Below the pieces are notes generated by a model, which saw only the letters and a list, made by a program, of their open reading frames with translations, had not been told where the DNA came from and did not search any database. From Acidobacteriota bacterium (GTDB lineage Bacteria > Acidobacteriota > Terriglobia > 2-12-FULL-54-10), in the NCBI GenBank assembly GCA_016199675.1, contig JACQGE010000177.1, positions 1-51,101 of the forward strand: 51,101 bases of DNA, written 5' to 3'. This document shows, in pieces, positions 1 to 8,389 of this stretch. Position numbers and translations under genes: made by a program. The first letter of the stretch is position 1; every line of letters begins with the position of its first letter.

Positions 1-1
1 G

Positions 2-3000
2 ATTGTTACCACGCTGATCTCCGCCCCGCGAGTCCAAGTGGTTCGCGCCCGGTCCATCTTCGGCATGTCCTTCGTTTATGTCATCTTCGAGGACGGGACG
101 GACATGTACTGGGCGCGCTCGCGCGTGCTGGAGTACTTGCAACAGGTGCGGGGGAAATTGCCAGAAGGGGTGAACCCCGAATTGGGGCCGGATGCTACGG
201 GCGTAGGCTGGGTCTTCGAGTACGCCCTGGTAGATGACAGCGGACAACATAATCTTCAGGAGCTTCGTAGTTTTCAGGATTGGTATCTCCGCTATTGGCT
301 GGCGGCGGTGCCCGGCGTGGCCGAAGTTGCCTCAGTAGGCGGATTTGTCAAACAGTATCAAGTGAATCTTGACCCCAACAAGCTGGCGGCTTATAACATC
401 CCCCTGTCCCGCGTGATCGAAGCGATTCACCGCAGCAATAATGATGTTGGCGGGCGAGTGCTAGAACTGGCGACGACGGAATATTTCGTGCGAGGCCGTG
501 GGTACATCCGTTCGGCGCAGGACATAGAAATCATTCCCGTGGGCACAGACAAGCGGGGCACTCCCATCTATGTACGGGACTTGGGATATGTCCAGATCGG
601 GCCGGACATCCGCAGGGGTCTGGTGGAGCTAAACGGCCAGGGGGAAACCGTGGGCGGGATCGTTGTAATGCGCTACGGGCAGAATGCACTGGAAGTAATT
701 GAACGAGTTAAACAAAAACTCAAGGATGTAGAACCTTCCCTGCCCCCTGGCGTGCGAGTGGTAACGACCTACGATCGCTCTGACTTGATTCTCCGCTCGA
801 TTGATACGCTGCGCGGCAAGTTGACGGAAGAAATGATCGCGGTCAGCGTTGTGATCGTTCTCTTTCTGCTGCACTTCCGCAGCGCGCTGGTCCCGATCCT
901 GGTGCTGCCGATCGCTATTATTCTTTCTTTTATTCCCATGTACTACCTCAACATCACCGCCAATATTATGTCCCTCGGGGGGATTGCCATTGCGATTGGC
1001 GCCATGGTGGACGCCGCCATCATCCTGATTGAAAACGCGCATAAGAAGTTGGAACTCTGGGAAGAACAGGGCCGGCCCGGCAACCGCACGACCGTCCTGG
1101 TTCATTCTTTCCAGGAGGTCGGACAGTCCCTTTTCTTCTCCTTGTTGATTATCACCGTCTCTTTCCTGCCGGTCTTCACCTTGCAGGCACAGGAGGGACG
1201 CCTGTTCAAGCCCTTGGCCTACACGAAAACTTTTTCCATGTTCTTTGCCGCCCTCCTGTCTGTCACTCTGGTCCCTGCGCTGGGAGTATTGTTAATTCGT
1301 GGCCGCATTCGCTCAGAAGAGCGCCACCCCTTGAGCCGCTTTCTATCTCATCTCTACACGCCGGTGCTGAACCTGGTGCTGCGGTTTCCAAAAACCGTCA
1401 TCGCACTGGCCGGCATCCTAGTGCTCTCCACGATTCCTATCTTCTTCCGGCTAGGATCGGAATTCATGCCACCTTTGAATGAGGGATCGATTCTGTACAT
1501 GCCCACGGCCGTGCCGGGGATGTCCATCACGGAAGCAGCCAAGATTCTCCAAATCCAAGACCGTATCCTGGCGCAATATCCGGAGGTGACCAGCGTTTTT
1601 GGAAAGATCGGACGTTCCGAAAGCGCCACCGATATGGCTCCACTGAGCATGGTGGAAACTATCGTTCTGCTCAAACCGCCGGAGGAATGGCGCAAAGTTC
1701 AGGAGAGACGCTGGTATTCGGCTTGGGCGCCGGAGTTTCTAAAACATGGGCTGCGGCCTTTTTGGCCGGAAGAGCGCTCCATAACTTGGAATGAACTGAT
1801 CGCTGAAATGCATCCGAAGTTGAATTTCCCCGGTATGCCTCCGGTCTGGTGGATGCCGGTCCAGACCCGCACAGAAATGCTGGCAACAGGGATGCGAAGC
1901 AACTTGGGAATCAAAGTTTATGGCACAGACTTGAAAATTATTGAGCAGGTCGCAATCCAGATCGAAGAGGTATTACGAGAAGTTCCGGGAACACGGACCG
2001 CTTTCGCCGAGCGAGTGACCGGGGGTTATTATCTGGATTTTCACATTCGGCGGGAAGACGCCGCGCGCTATGGGTTGACCATCGGAGACGTCGAGGACAT
2101 GATCGAAACCGCCATCGGAGGCAAGAATATTTCCCAAACCGTGGAAGGCCGCGAGCGTTACCCGATCAATGTCCGCTACCTGCGGGGCCTGCGCCAGGAC
2201 CTGACTACGTTGCAGCGGGTGCTGGTTTCCACGCCTACCGGAGCGCAGGTTCCCATCTCACTGCTGGCCGATATTTCCTACAGCCGGGGCGCCCCCAGCA
2301 TCCGCGACGAGGACGGACAACTGGTGGGCTATGTTTTCGTGGACACGATTGCCGAGGACTACGAAGGATATGTCCGGCAAGCCCAGCAAATCGTTCTGGA
2401 CCGGATTCAGCTGCCCCCTGGCTACCGGCTCGAATGGGCCGGCCAGTACCAGTATCTTTTGCGAATGAGGGAACGATTGCTGTACATCGTTCCTCTGACT
2501 CTATTGGTTATTTTTCTCCTGCTCTATATGAACTTTGGTTCCTGGAAAGAACCCCTGTTGGTCTTCCTGGCAGTTCCGTTTTCTTTAGTGGGAGCTATCT
2601 GGCTGCTCTATTGGCTGGACTACAACATGAGCGTGGCGGTTTGGGTAGGTTTGATTGCCTTGGCGGGTCTGGATGCGGAAACTGGTGTGGTCATGCTGTT
2701 GTATCTGGAGCTGGCTCACAAACAATGGCGTGAAGAGGGACGGTTGAAAGACCGGAAGGACCTCCATGATGCCATTCACCACGGAGCCGTCAAACGGCTG
2801 CGGCCAAAAATCATGACGGTTGCAGTGATTCTGGCTGGCCTGCTGCCTATTCTTTGGGCTGCCACCACAGAAACCGGGGCCGATGTGATGAAACGCATCG
2901 CGGCTCCCATGCTCGGAGGTGTGGTGACCTCTTTGATCCTCGAATTGACCGTATATCCGGCGATCTTCGCAGTGTGGAAGGGCTGGAACCTCCCAAACAG

Positions 3001-3016
3001 CGGTAGATCCTCATAA
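2..3016 (+). CDS. cusA: CusA/SilA-type Cu(I)/Ag(I) HME-RND efflux permease (5' end outside window)
   Basis: Frame is open from the window edge. Contains 'VIFEDGTDMYWARSRVLEYL' and 'LGPDATGVGWVFEYAL'. Proton-relay residues are present (MVDAAI, LDAETG, RPKIMT), as are equivalents of the CusA methionine triad (ILYMPT, PLSMVET, RTEMLATG). Confidence 0.93.
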   Translation: MVTTLISAPRVQVVRARSIFGMSFVYVIFEDGTDMYWARSRVLEYLQQVRGKLPEGVNPELGPDATGVGWVFEYALVDDSGQHNLQELRSFQDWYLRYWLAAVPGVAEVASVGGFVKQYQVNLDPNKLAAYNIPLSRVIEAIHRSNNDVGGRVLELATTEYFVRGRGYIRSAQDIEIIPVGTDKRGTPIYVRDLGYVQIGPDIRRGLVELNGQGETVGGIVVMRYGQNALEVIERVKQKLKDVEPSLPPGVRVVTTYDRSDLILRSIDTLRGKLTEEMIAVSVVIVLFLLHFRSALVPILVLPIAIILSFIPMYYLNITANIMSLGGIAIAIGAMVDAAIILIENAHKKLELWEEQGRPGNRTTVLVHSFQEVGQSLFFSLLIITVSFLPVFTLQAQEGRLFKPLAYTKTFSMFFAALLSVTLVPALGVLLIRGRIRSEERHPLSRFLSHLYTPVLNLVLRFPKTVIALAGILVLSTIPIFFRLGSEFMPPLNEGSILYMPTAVPGMSITEAAKILQIQDRILAQYPEVTSVFGKIGRSESATDMAPLSMVETIVLLKPPEEWRKVQERRWYSAWAPEFLKHGLRPFWPEERSITWNELIAEMHPKLNFPGMPPVWWMPVQTRTEMLATGMRSNLGIKVYGTDLKIIEQVAIQIEEVLREVPGTRTAFAERVTGGYYLDFHIRREDAARYGLTIGDVEDMIETAIGGKNISQTVEGRERYPINVRYLRGLRQDLTTLQRVLVSTPTGAQVPISLLADISYSRGAPSIRDEDGQLVGYVFVDTIAEDYEGYVRQAQQIVLDRIQLPPGYRLEWAGQYQYLLRMRERLLYIVPLTLLVIFLLLYMNFGSWKEPLLVFLAVPFSLVGAIWLLYWLDYNMSVAVWVGLIALAGLDAETGVVMLLYLELAHKQWREEGRLKDRKDLHDAIHHGAVKRLRPKIMTVAVILAGLLPILWAATTETGADVMKRIAAPMLGGVVTSLILELTVYPAIFAVWKGWNLPNSGRSS

Positions 3017-3039
3017 CAGCAGAGCCGCTATTCCAAGCC

Positions 3040-3068
3040 TTGACAAATCGGCTGAGCCGATTTAGGCT
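3040..3068 (+). promoter_or_regulatory. sigma70-type promoter with a perfect dyad filling its spacer
   Basis: TTGACA (3040-3045), 17 nt, TAGGCT (3063-3068). Inverted repeat AAATCGGCT-G-AGCCGATTT at 3045-3063. Confidence 0.6.
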
Positions 3069-3128
3069 CTTTGCATTGAGCGTTTCCCCCCGGGCTGAAA
3101 ATGGGATATTCATGAAGGAGGAAGAGGT

Positions 3129-3743
3129 ATGGCGGAAGCAATGCTGGAGTGCGCTGTCTGCAGTACGAGAAAATGGCAAACGTTCGGGGCAGCCAACGCA
3201 GAGGAGTTACGGCTTGCTGGCGCTACGCGGCTTTCTTGCCCTCTGTGCAACATAGAAACTTATTGGACTTTCGCGGAAAGCGATCGCCGGGCGGGCCAAG
3301 ACCGCAGGAAACAACCGGAACCGATAAAACAGCAACAAGTTGATCTACAGCTTGGAACTGAAAAGGTGGCTTTTCAGCCTCCTCCCAATCAGGGACATTT
3401 TCGACAAGAAGCGATCCGACTCTTCCAGCCGGAACGCCGCGCCAACGAGGATCGCCGCCAAGCGCCACAAAGAGGACACTACCGCGTGCCTCTTCGACTT
3501 CCCATCCGAGTTCGGGTCAGTGGTTTCAATCTGCGATTTGAAGAGGTGGCCAGCACGATCAATGCCTGTCGCACAGGCATTTTCTTCCACAGTACACGCC
3601 CCTATTCCAAGGGAACTCTTACCTATGTTACGTTGAATTATTCCCCCAGCGACCCCGCCGCCATCGAGCACACCGGAACTGTGGTTCGCATAGAAACCCA
3701 GCCGGGGTCTGAAGCCAAAGGCATTGCAGTCCAACTGCAATGA
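3129..3743 (+). CDS. PilZ-domain protein with N-terminal zinc ribbon
   Basis: CAVC...CPLC at the N-terminus; RRxxxDRR motifs; RGHYR then NACRTG (PilZ RxxxR and D/NxSxxG-like); ends with GTVVR...GIAVQL; purine-rich SD (GGAGGAAGAGG). Confidence 0.75.
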   Translation: MAEAMLECAVCSTRKWQTFGAANAEELRLAGATRLSCPLCNIETYWTFAESDRRAGQDRRKQPEPIKQQQVDLQLGTEKVAFQPPPNQGHFRQEAIRLFQPERRANEDRRQAPQRGHYRVPLRLPIRVRVSGFNLRFEEVASTINACRTGIFFHSTRPYSKGTLTYVTLNYSPSDPAAIEHTGTVVRIETQPGSEAKGIAVQLQ

Positions 3744-3902
3744 GGCTTGCCGCAGATCATTAAGCTTTTCGATAGTTTTTTTAGCAGCCCAACCGCCGCA
3801 CATCTACCCTAAACAAAATCCGAAGGCTCAGGAAGCGAACGGAGCAATAAAGATGCTCTCGCGCTTACCATTCAGTTCCGCTCAGGGAAGGAGCGCACGG
3901 CT

Positions 3903-3930
3903 CTGACGGGCCCTAGCATTATGTTATACT
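3903..3930 (+). promoter_or_regulatory. probable nrdR promoter (extended -10)
   Basis: CTGACG (3903-3908), 16 nt, TATACT (3925-3930) preceded by TG at the extended -10 position. Confidence 0.45.
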
Positions 3931-3965
3931 GTGGGCCGACTTGCCGACCGAGATAAAAGAAAATC

Positions 3966-4466
3966 ATGAAATGTCCTTTTTGTGGCCGCTCTAAGGATAA
4001 AGTGGTGGATTCCCGGGAAAGCAAAGAGGGACAGTCTATCCGCCGTCGCCGGGAGTGCCTTGGCTGTAAACGTCGCTATACAACCTACGAGCGAGTGGAC
4101 GAAGTTCCGTATATGATCGTCAAGAAAGACGGACGGCGGGAACTGTTCGACCGTCAAAAAGTTCTTGCCGGGCTGTTGCGCGCTTGTGAAAAGAGACCCG
4201 TCAGCATGAACCAACTGGAAGAAATCGTCAACGAAACCGAGGCCATGGTGGTGGACTCGCCAGACCGCGAATTGCCTTCCCAAAGGATCGGAGAGTTGTT
4301 GATGAATCGGCTGCGCGATCTGGACAAAGTCGCTTATGTCCGCTTTGCCTCCGTCTATCTTGATTTCAAGGACGTGAATCAATTCCTGGAAGAGCTGAAA
4401 GACTTGCTACGCTCCCCGCGGCGAGGGCGTAAGAACAAAAACATCCCCACTGCTTGGCCAAACTGA
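3966..4466 (+). CDS. nrdR: transcriptional repressor NrdR
   Basis: MKCPFCG...VVDSR...IRRRRECLGC..RYTTYER, ATP-cone, DKVAYVRFASVY. Confidence 0.97.
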   Translation: MKCPFCGRSKDKVVDSRESKEGQSIRRRRECLGCKRRYTTYERVDEVPYMIVKKDGRRELFDRQKVLAGLLRACEKRPVSMNQLEEIVNETEAMVVDSPDRELPSQRIGELLMNRLRDLDKVAYVRFASVYLDFKDVNQFLEELKDLLRSPRRGRKNKNIPTAWPN

Positions 4467-4601
4467 TTAAAAGCATCGCCTCTTGCCAAGAGGAAAGATT
4501 CCTCGATGTTCTTGCTGGACAGGGGGAGAGAAATGAAGCAAGCTCCGCCAAAAAAATCTTTGTCATTAGTTATGATAGCCAGCCGTTGTTGGAAATAAAC
4601 C

Positions 4602-4796
4602 ATGCTTCGTCGTTATTGGAAAACGTTGGTAGCAGTCCTGGGAGGCAACTTTCTCTATTATGGAGTGCTATATCCCTATCTGCCGCCTGGAGCACGCCAC
4701 CGAATGTACCAATTGGATTGGGGATTGGTCGTGGATTTTTGGATCTGCCTGGCTATTTATGGATTGCTCTACTTCCCGTTTCGCCGTTCGCGCTGA
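4602..4796 (+). CDS. small two-TM membrane protein, unknown function
   Basis: 64 aa with two hydrophobic segments around a P/H loop and basic termini; fills the gap between nrdR and gdh. Confidence 0.6.
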   Translation: MLRRYWKTLVAVLGGNFLYYGVLYPYLPPGARHRMYQLDWGLVVDFWICLAIYGLLYFPFRRSR

Positions 4797-4875
4797 CCTT
4801 CCATTGATTTTATGTGTTTCTGTGGGAAAATGACACTGCCGGACGAATTCCATTTTTTATTGCCGGAGAAGGATC

Positions 4876-6156
4876 ATGGGAGATTCGACAGTCTCCGTTA
4901 CAGAGCAGGCGTTACCCCCGCGTCCAGAAGATCCAAGAAACATAACTTCTCATAATTTCCGCCTGGCCGCGGACCGGCTTGGTCTGGATTCGGAGATGCG
5001 CACTTTATTGAGCACGCCATTCCGGGAACTGCGTGTAGAGGTACCGGTGCGCCTGGACAACGGTTCCCTGAAAGTTTTTTTGGGCTACCGCATCCAGCAT
5101 AGCGGGGTTCGGGGGCCGGCCAAGGGCGGTCTCCGCTACCACCCAGCCGTGGACGTGCAGGAAGTACGTGCCTTGGCCGAAGCAATGACATGGAAAACGG
5201 CCCTGGTCAACATCCCATTCGGGGGAGCAAAAGGCGGCATTGCCTGCGACCCACATGCCATGAGCCAGAGCGAATTGGAGCGGCTGACCCGCCGCTTCAC
5301 TTCCCGAATTCAGGCGATCCTGGGCCCCTACCGGGACATTCCCGCTCCCGATATGAATACCAATGCCCAAGTAATGACCTGGATTTTCGACGAATACAGC
5401 GCGCATCATGGCTACACTCCCGCTTGCGTTACTGGCAAGCCAGTAGAAATGGGAGGATCGAAGGGGCGGGAACAGGCTACCGGATACGGAGCGACCATCC
5501 TGATTCGGGAGCTGATGAAGGAAGTCGGTAAGCCACTAGCGGGCGCGAAGGTGGCCCTTCAGGGATTCGGAAACGTCGGCAGTCATGCTGCCAGGGCGCT
5601 GGCGAGAGAAGGAGCGCAATTCGTCGCTATCGGCGACTATCACGGAGCCATTTACTCGCAAAAAGGAATTAACCTGGAAGAGTTGTTTGCCCATCAAGCA
5701 GCGACCGGCAAGATTCAGGGACTAGCCGGAACGGAACCGCTTTCGAGCGAAGACTTGCTTGAGGTGGAGTGCGACATTCTTGTACCGGCGGCTTTAGAAT
5801 GTGTGATCCATCGAGGGAATGCTGAACGTATTCGGGCGCGCTTCATCGCGGAGGCAGCCAACCTGCCTACCACGCCCGAGGCCGATGAGATTCTCGGACG
5901 GCGCGGTGTAGTGATCTTGCCCGATATACTCACCAACGCAGGCGGCGTGACGGTTTCTTATTTTGAGTGGGTACAAAATCTGCAACAACTTTTCTGGGAA
6001 GAAGACCACGTTAACGCCGAAATGGAAAAAATCCTGGTGAAAGCTTTCCGAAACGTCATGCACACGGCCAGTTCACAGAAAATACCCCTGCGGACTGCCG
6101 CATACACTATCGCTGTGGAACGAGTGGCCCGAGCGGAAAAATTGCGCGGTACATAA
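4876..6156 (+). CDS. gdhA: Glu/Leu/Phe/Val dehydrogenase (glutamate dehydrogenase)
   Basis: GPAKGGLRY, FGGAKGG, DIPAPDMNT, QGFGNVG, PDILTNAGGVTVSYFEWVQN. Confidence 0.93.
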   Translation: MGDSTVSVTEQALPPRPEDPRNITSHNFRLAADRLGLDSEMRTLLSTPFRELRVEVPVRLDNGSLKVFLGYRIQHSGVRGPAKGGLRYHPAVDVQEVRALAEAMTWKTALVNIPFGGAKGGIACDPHAMSQSELERLTRRFTSRIQAILGPYRDIPAPDMNTNAQVMTWIFDEYSAHHGYTPACVTGKPVEMGGSKGREQATGYGATILIRELMKEVGKPLAGAKVALQGFGNVGSHAARALAREGAQFVAIGDYHGAIYSQKGINLEELFAHQAATGKIQGLAGTEPLSSEDLLEVECDILVPAALECVIHRGNAERIRARFIAEAANLPTTPEADEILGRRGVVILPDILTNAGGVTVSYFEWVQNLQQLFWEEDHVNAEMEKILVKAFRNVMHTASSQKIPLRTAAYTIAVERVARAEKLRGT

Positions 6157-6165
6157 CAGCGGCAT

Positions 6166-6573
6166 ATGTTTCCTCTGTTGACCAAGCGCGTTTCCGAGGT
6201 GGCGTCCCCCGCCGATGGGAAACGGATTTTAGTCATGCGATTCTGGCCACGGGGCGTGGCGCGCTCGGGAATAAACCTGTGGCTGCGAGAATTGGGGACT
6301 AGCCCGGAGTTGATCAAAAAATGGAAAGCAGGCAGCATCCGCTGGACTGAATTCAGGCGAACTTACCTGCATGAACTTAAAGATCCTGCCGCTCGGCAGG
6401 CCATCGCGGAAATCCGTAAGATGTTGCGGCAAGGGCCGGTTACCCTCCTATGCAGTTGCCCGGAGGAGTCGCGCTGCCATCGCGGCATTCTGAAGCAAAT
6501 CATTCTGCAACAAACGGCTGCTAGCCAGCCCGCGTCCCGGCGAAAAAGGTTATCTCCTCTCGAAAAGCATTAA
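6166..6573 (+). CDS. DUF488 (YeaO-like) family protein
   Basis: DGKRILVMRFWPRGV, WLRELGTSPEL, VTLLC...CHR. Confidence 0.8.
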   Translation: MFPLLTKRVSEVASPADGKRILVMRFWPRGVARSGINLWLRELGTSPELIKKWKAGSIRWTEFRRTYLHELKDPAARQAIAEIRKMLRQGPVTLLCSCPEESRCHRGILKQIILQQTAASQPASRRKRLSPLEKH

Positions 6574-6702
6574 GACACGGAGGTCATCGCAAAGGAGCAT
6601 CAGGCCTATTTGGAAAAATGGGTTGTGGTTTCGTTAACGCTTTGTTAAATTGGACTGTTTACTTATTATTCGTCAGAAAGTTGTCGCCCAAGAGCGTAGA
6701 GT

Positions 6703-7551
6703 ATGAGGAAACGCCTGGATTTGCAGATGCGTTGGGGAATCTGGCTTGCCTTACCCAACCTGTGGATGGCTGCCGCAGTGATCGGGGCTTTGCCGAGTAT
6801 CGCGAAGGCACAATTCGGAGCGGAGACGGCCCGCATCGTTGTCCTGACAGGCCGCGTCTCCGTCGAACGAACCGGGGGCGAGTTGTGGGCTTTGCAACCC
6901 GAGCAAATCATCGCAGCGGGCCAGGTGATCGTGACGGGAGCGGACGGTTATGCCGAACTGGAACTGTCCGACCATAGCCGTATCGAGGTTTTTGCCAATT
7001 CCCGCCTGATTTTCCGTGCTAATCGTTTCAACTGGCATGATCTGCTGGATCTTTATCTCGGCAAAATCCGGCTCCAAATCCAGCATCTGACCAATGAGGA
7101 CTCGCCCTACCGCGTTACCACTCCCACTGCCGTGATTTCGATTCGGGGAACCGTCTTAGATGTTGACGTTGCATCTCCAGAAGAAACTGTTGTGCGGGTT
7201 GAAACAGGTTCGGTCCGCGTCCGACACCGGTTGATTCCGGGGAAGGATGTAATCCTGGAATCCGGACAAAGTTTGCAGGTCTTTGCCAACGCGCCTTTGG
7301 CAGCAGCAAAATTTACTGTCCCAGTCCTCGCGATTGGCAGGGTGGTGCGGGCCGTGGTGGATACCCTGGCGGCGATGGACCGTCCCGGAGGCCAGTCCAG
7401 TGGAAATAGCGGAGGCACTTCTTCTGCCGGGAGCGCTTCCTCTGGAGGCAATTCCGGTTCGAGCGGCGCAAACAACGGCTCCAATGAGCCAGCGCCTCCT
7501 CCGGGCGAGGACAATACCAGTTCTCCGCCGGGAGACGTGGTCACACCCTAG
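6703..7551 (+). CDS. exported FecR-domain protein with Ser/Gly/Pro-rich tail
   Basis: Signal-like N-terminus (AKA|Q); 'IVTGADGYAELELSDHS' and 'VTTPTAVISIRGT' FecR motifs; low-complexity C-terminus. Confidence 0.8.
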   Translation: MRKRLDLQMRWGIWLALPNLWMAAAVIGALPSIAKAQFGAETARIVVLTGRVSVERTGGELWALQPEQIIAAGQVIVTGADGYAELELSDHSRIEVFANSRLIFRANRFNWHDLLDLYLGKIRLQIQHLTNEDSPYRVTTPTAVISIRGTVLDVDVASPEETVVRVETGSVRVRHRLIPGKDVILESGQSLQVFANAPLAAAKFTVPVLAIGRVVRAVVDTLAAMDRPGGQSSGNSGGTSSAGSASSGGNSGSSGANNGSNEPAPPPGEDNTSSPPGDVVTP

Positions 7552-7715
7552 TAATCCCGCCGATCTTTGTACACTTCATAACGACAGGTATTCCCTATTA
7601 AATACAATAAAATCCGGGGTAACCTGGGGCTCGGTTTTGCTATCTTCGTGCTCGGCGCTCTCTGACCAAGCAGCCTGGCGGATCAAGATGGCATCCAATA
7701 GAAAAGGAGTGAGCG

Positions 7716-8303
7716 ATGGAAGATAATCCTCTACGGAAACTGGAAAACGAATCCTTTGTTTTCGCCGGCCATACGCTGAAGAGTTTATTTGAGGAACTGG
7801 TCGGGAGAAACTTCCGAGAGTTTCTTAAACTCTCTGATGCGGAGATCATCGAGTACCTGGCAGGGCTTCTGACTCAGTTCAGCCAAGCCGAGAATCTTTA
7901 TGCCATTCGCAACGCGCGAGGCAAACCTATCGAAGACGTGGCAGAGATGCTGCTCGTATCGAATCCGCTGCTAGAAGCGCCTTCATTCGATCGAGAGCGG
8001 GAAGTCCGCAAGCACATCGGAGACTTCACTCTTTTCTTCACCGGAATCTTCCCGGAAGCTATCAACCGCTGGCGGCTGCGACGGCAGCATCTGGACTCCT
8101 TGATTGATTATGTGAAGGCCGGCAAAGAATCCTACTTTATCGTTTCTAAATTCAATGTCTTTGAATACAAGGACAGTGCCCCATTTTTCCGGAAAATGTC
8201 TGACCAGTTCGAAACTTGCGTCTTCGGATTGAACCTTGTCAAGCAGGACCTGGAGCGGATGCAGCAGGCTGCTTATGTGCGGGCGCAAGAGTTGCTGTCG
8301 TGA
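7716..8303 (+). CDS. conserved hypothetical protein
   Basis: Strong SD (AAAGGAG); 195-aa predicted helical protein with 'EYLAGLL..F', 'RKHIGDFTLFFTGIFPE' and 'DYVKAGKESY'. Confidence 0.8.
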   Translation: MEDNPLRKLENESFVFAGHTLKSLFEELVGRNFREFLKLSDAEIIEYLAGLLTQFSQAENLYAIRNARGKPIEDVAEMLLVSNPLLEAPSFDREREVRKHIGDFTLFFTGIFPEAINRWRLRRQHLDSLIDYVKAGKESYFIVSKFNVFEYKDSAPFFRKMSDQFETCVFGLNLVKQDLERMQQAAYVRAQELLS

Positions 8304-8372
8304 TTGACTTCTCCTCCTTTGCAGGTCTCTTCCAAAATAACAGCTTATTTTAGCCATTCAGCGCCACTACGC

Positions 8373-8381
8373 TGTTATCCT
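8373..8381 (+). promoter_or_regulatory. extended -10 directly upstream of rsmB start (leaderless-type)
   Basis: TG-T-TATCCT ends 8 nt before ATG 8390; no SD. Confidence 0.45.
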
Positions 8382-8389
8382 TTTTTTAA

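Noticed and set aside
4473-4509. Mutually exclusive short hairpins after nrdR (CCTCTT/AAGAGG vs GAGGAA/TTCCTC)
   Set aside because: Stems of only 6 bp with no U-tract or linked SD; too weak to call a switch.
6634-6648. TTAA-N7-TTAA read as a CtrA box
   Set aside because: CtrA is alphaproteobacterial and nothing here supports that lineage; kept only as a generic direct repeat.
7626-7641. GGGGCTCGGTTTTGCT, sigma54-like motif
   Set aside because: The -24 half matches poorly, and sigma70-like -10 hexamers just upstream explain the region.
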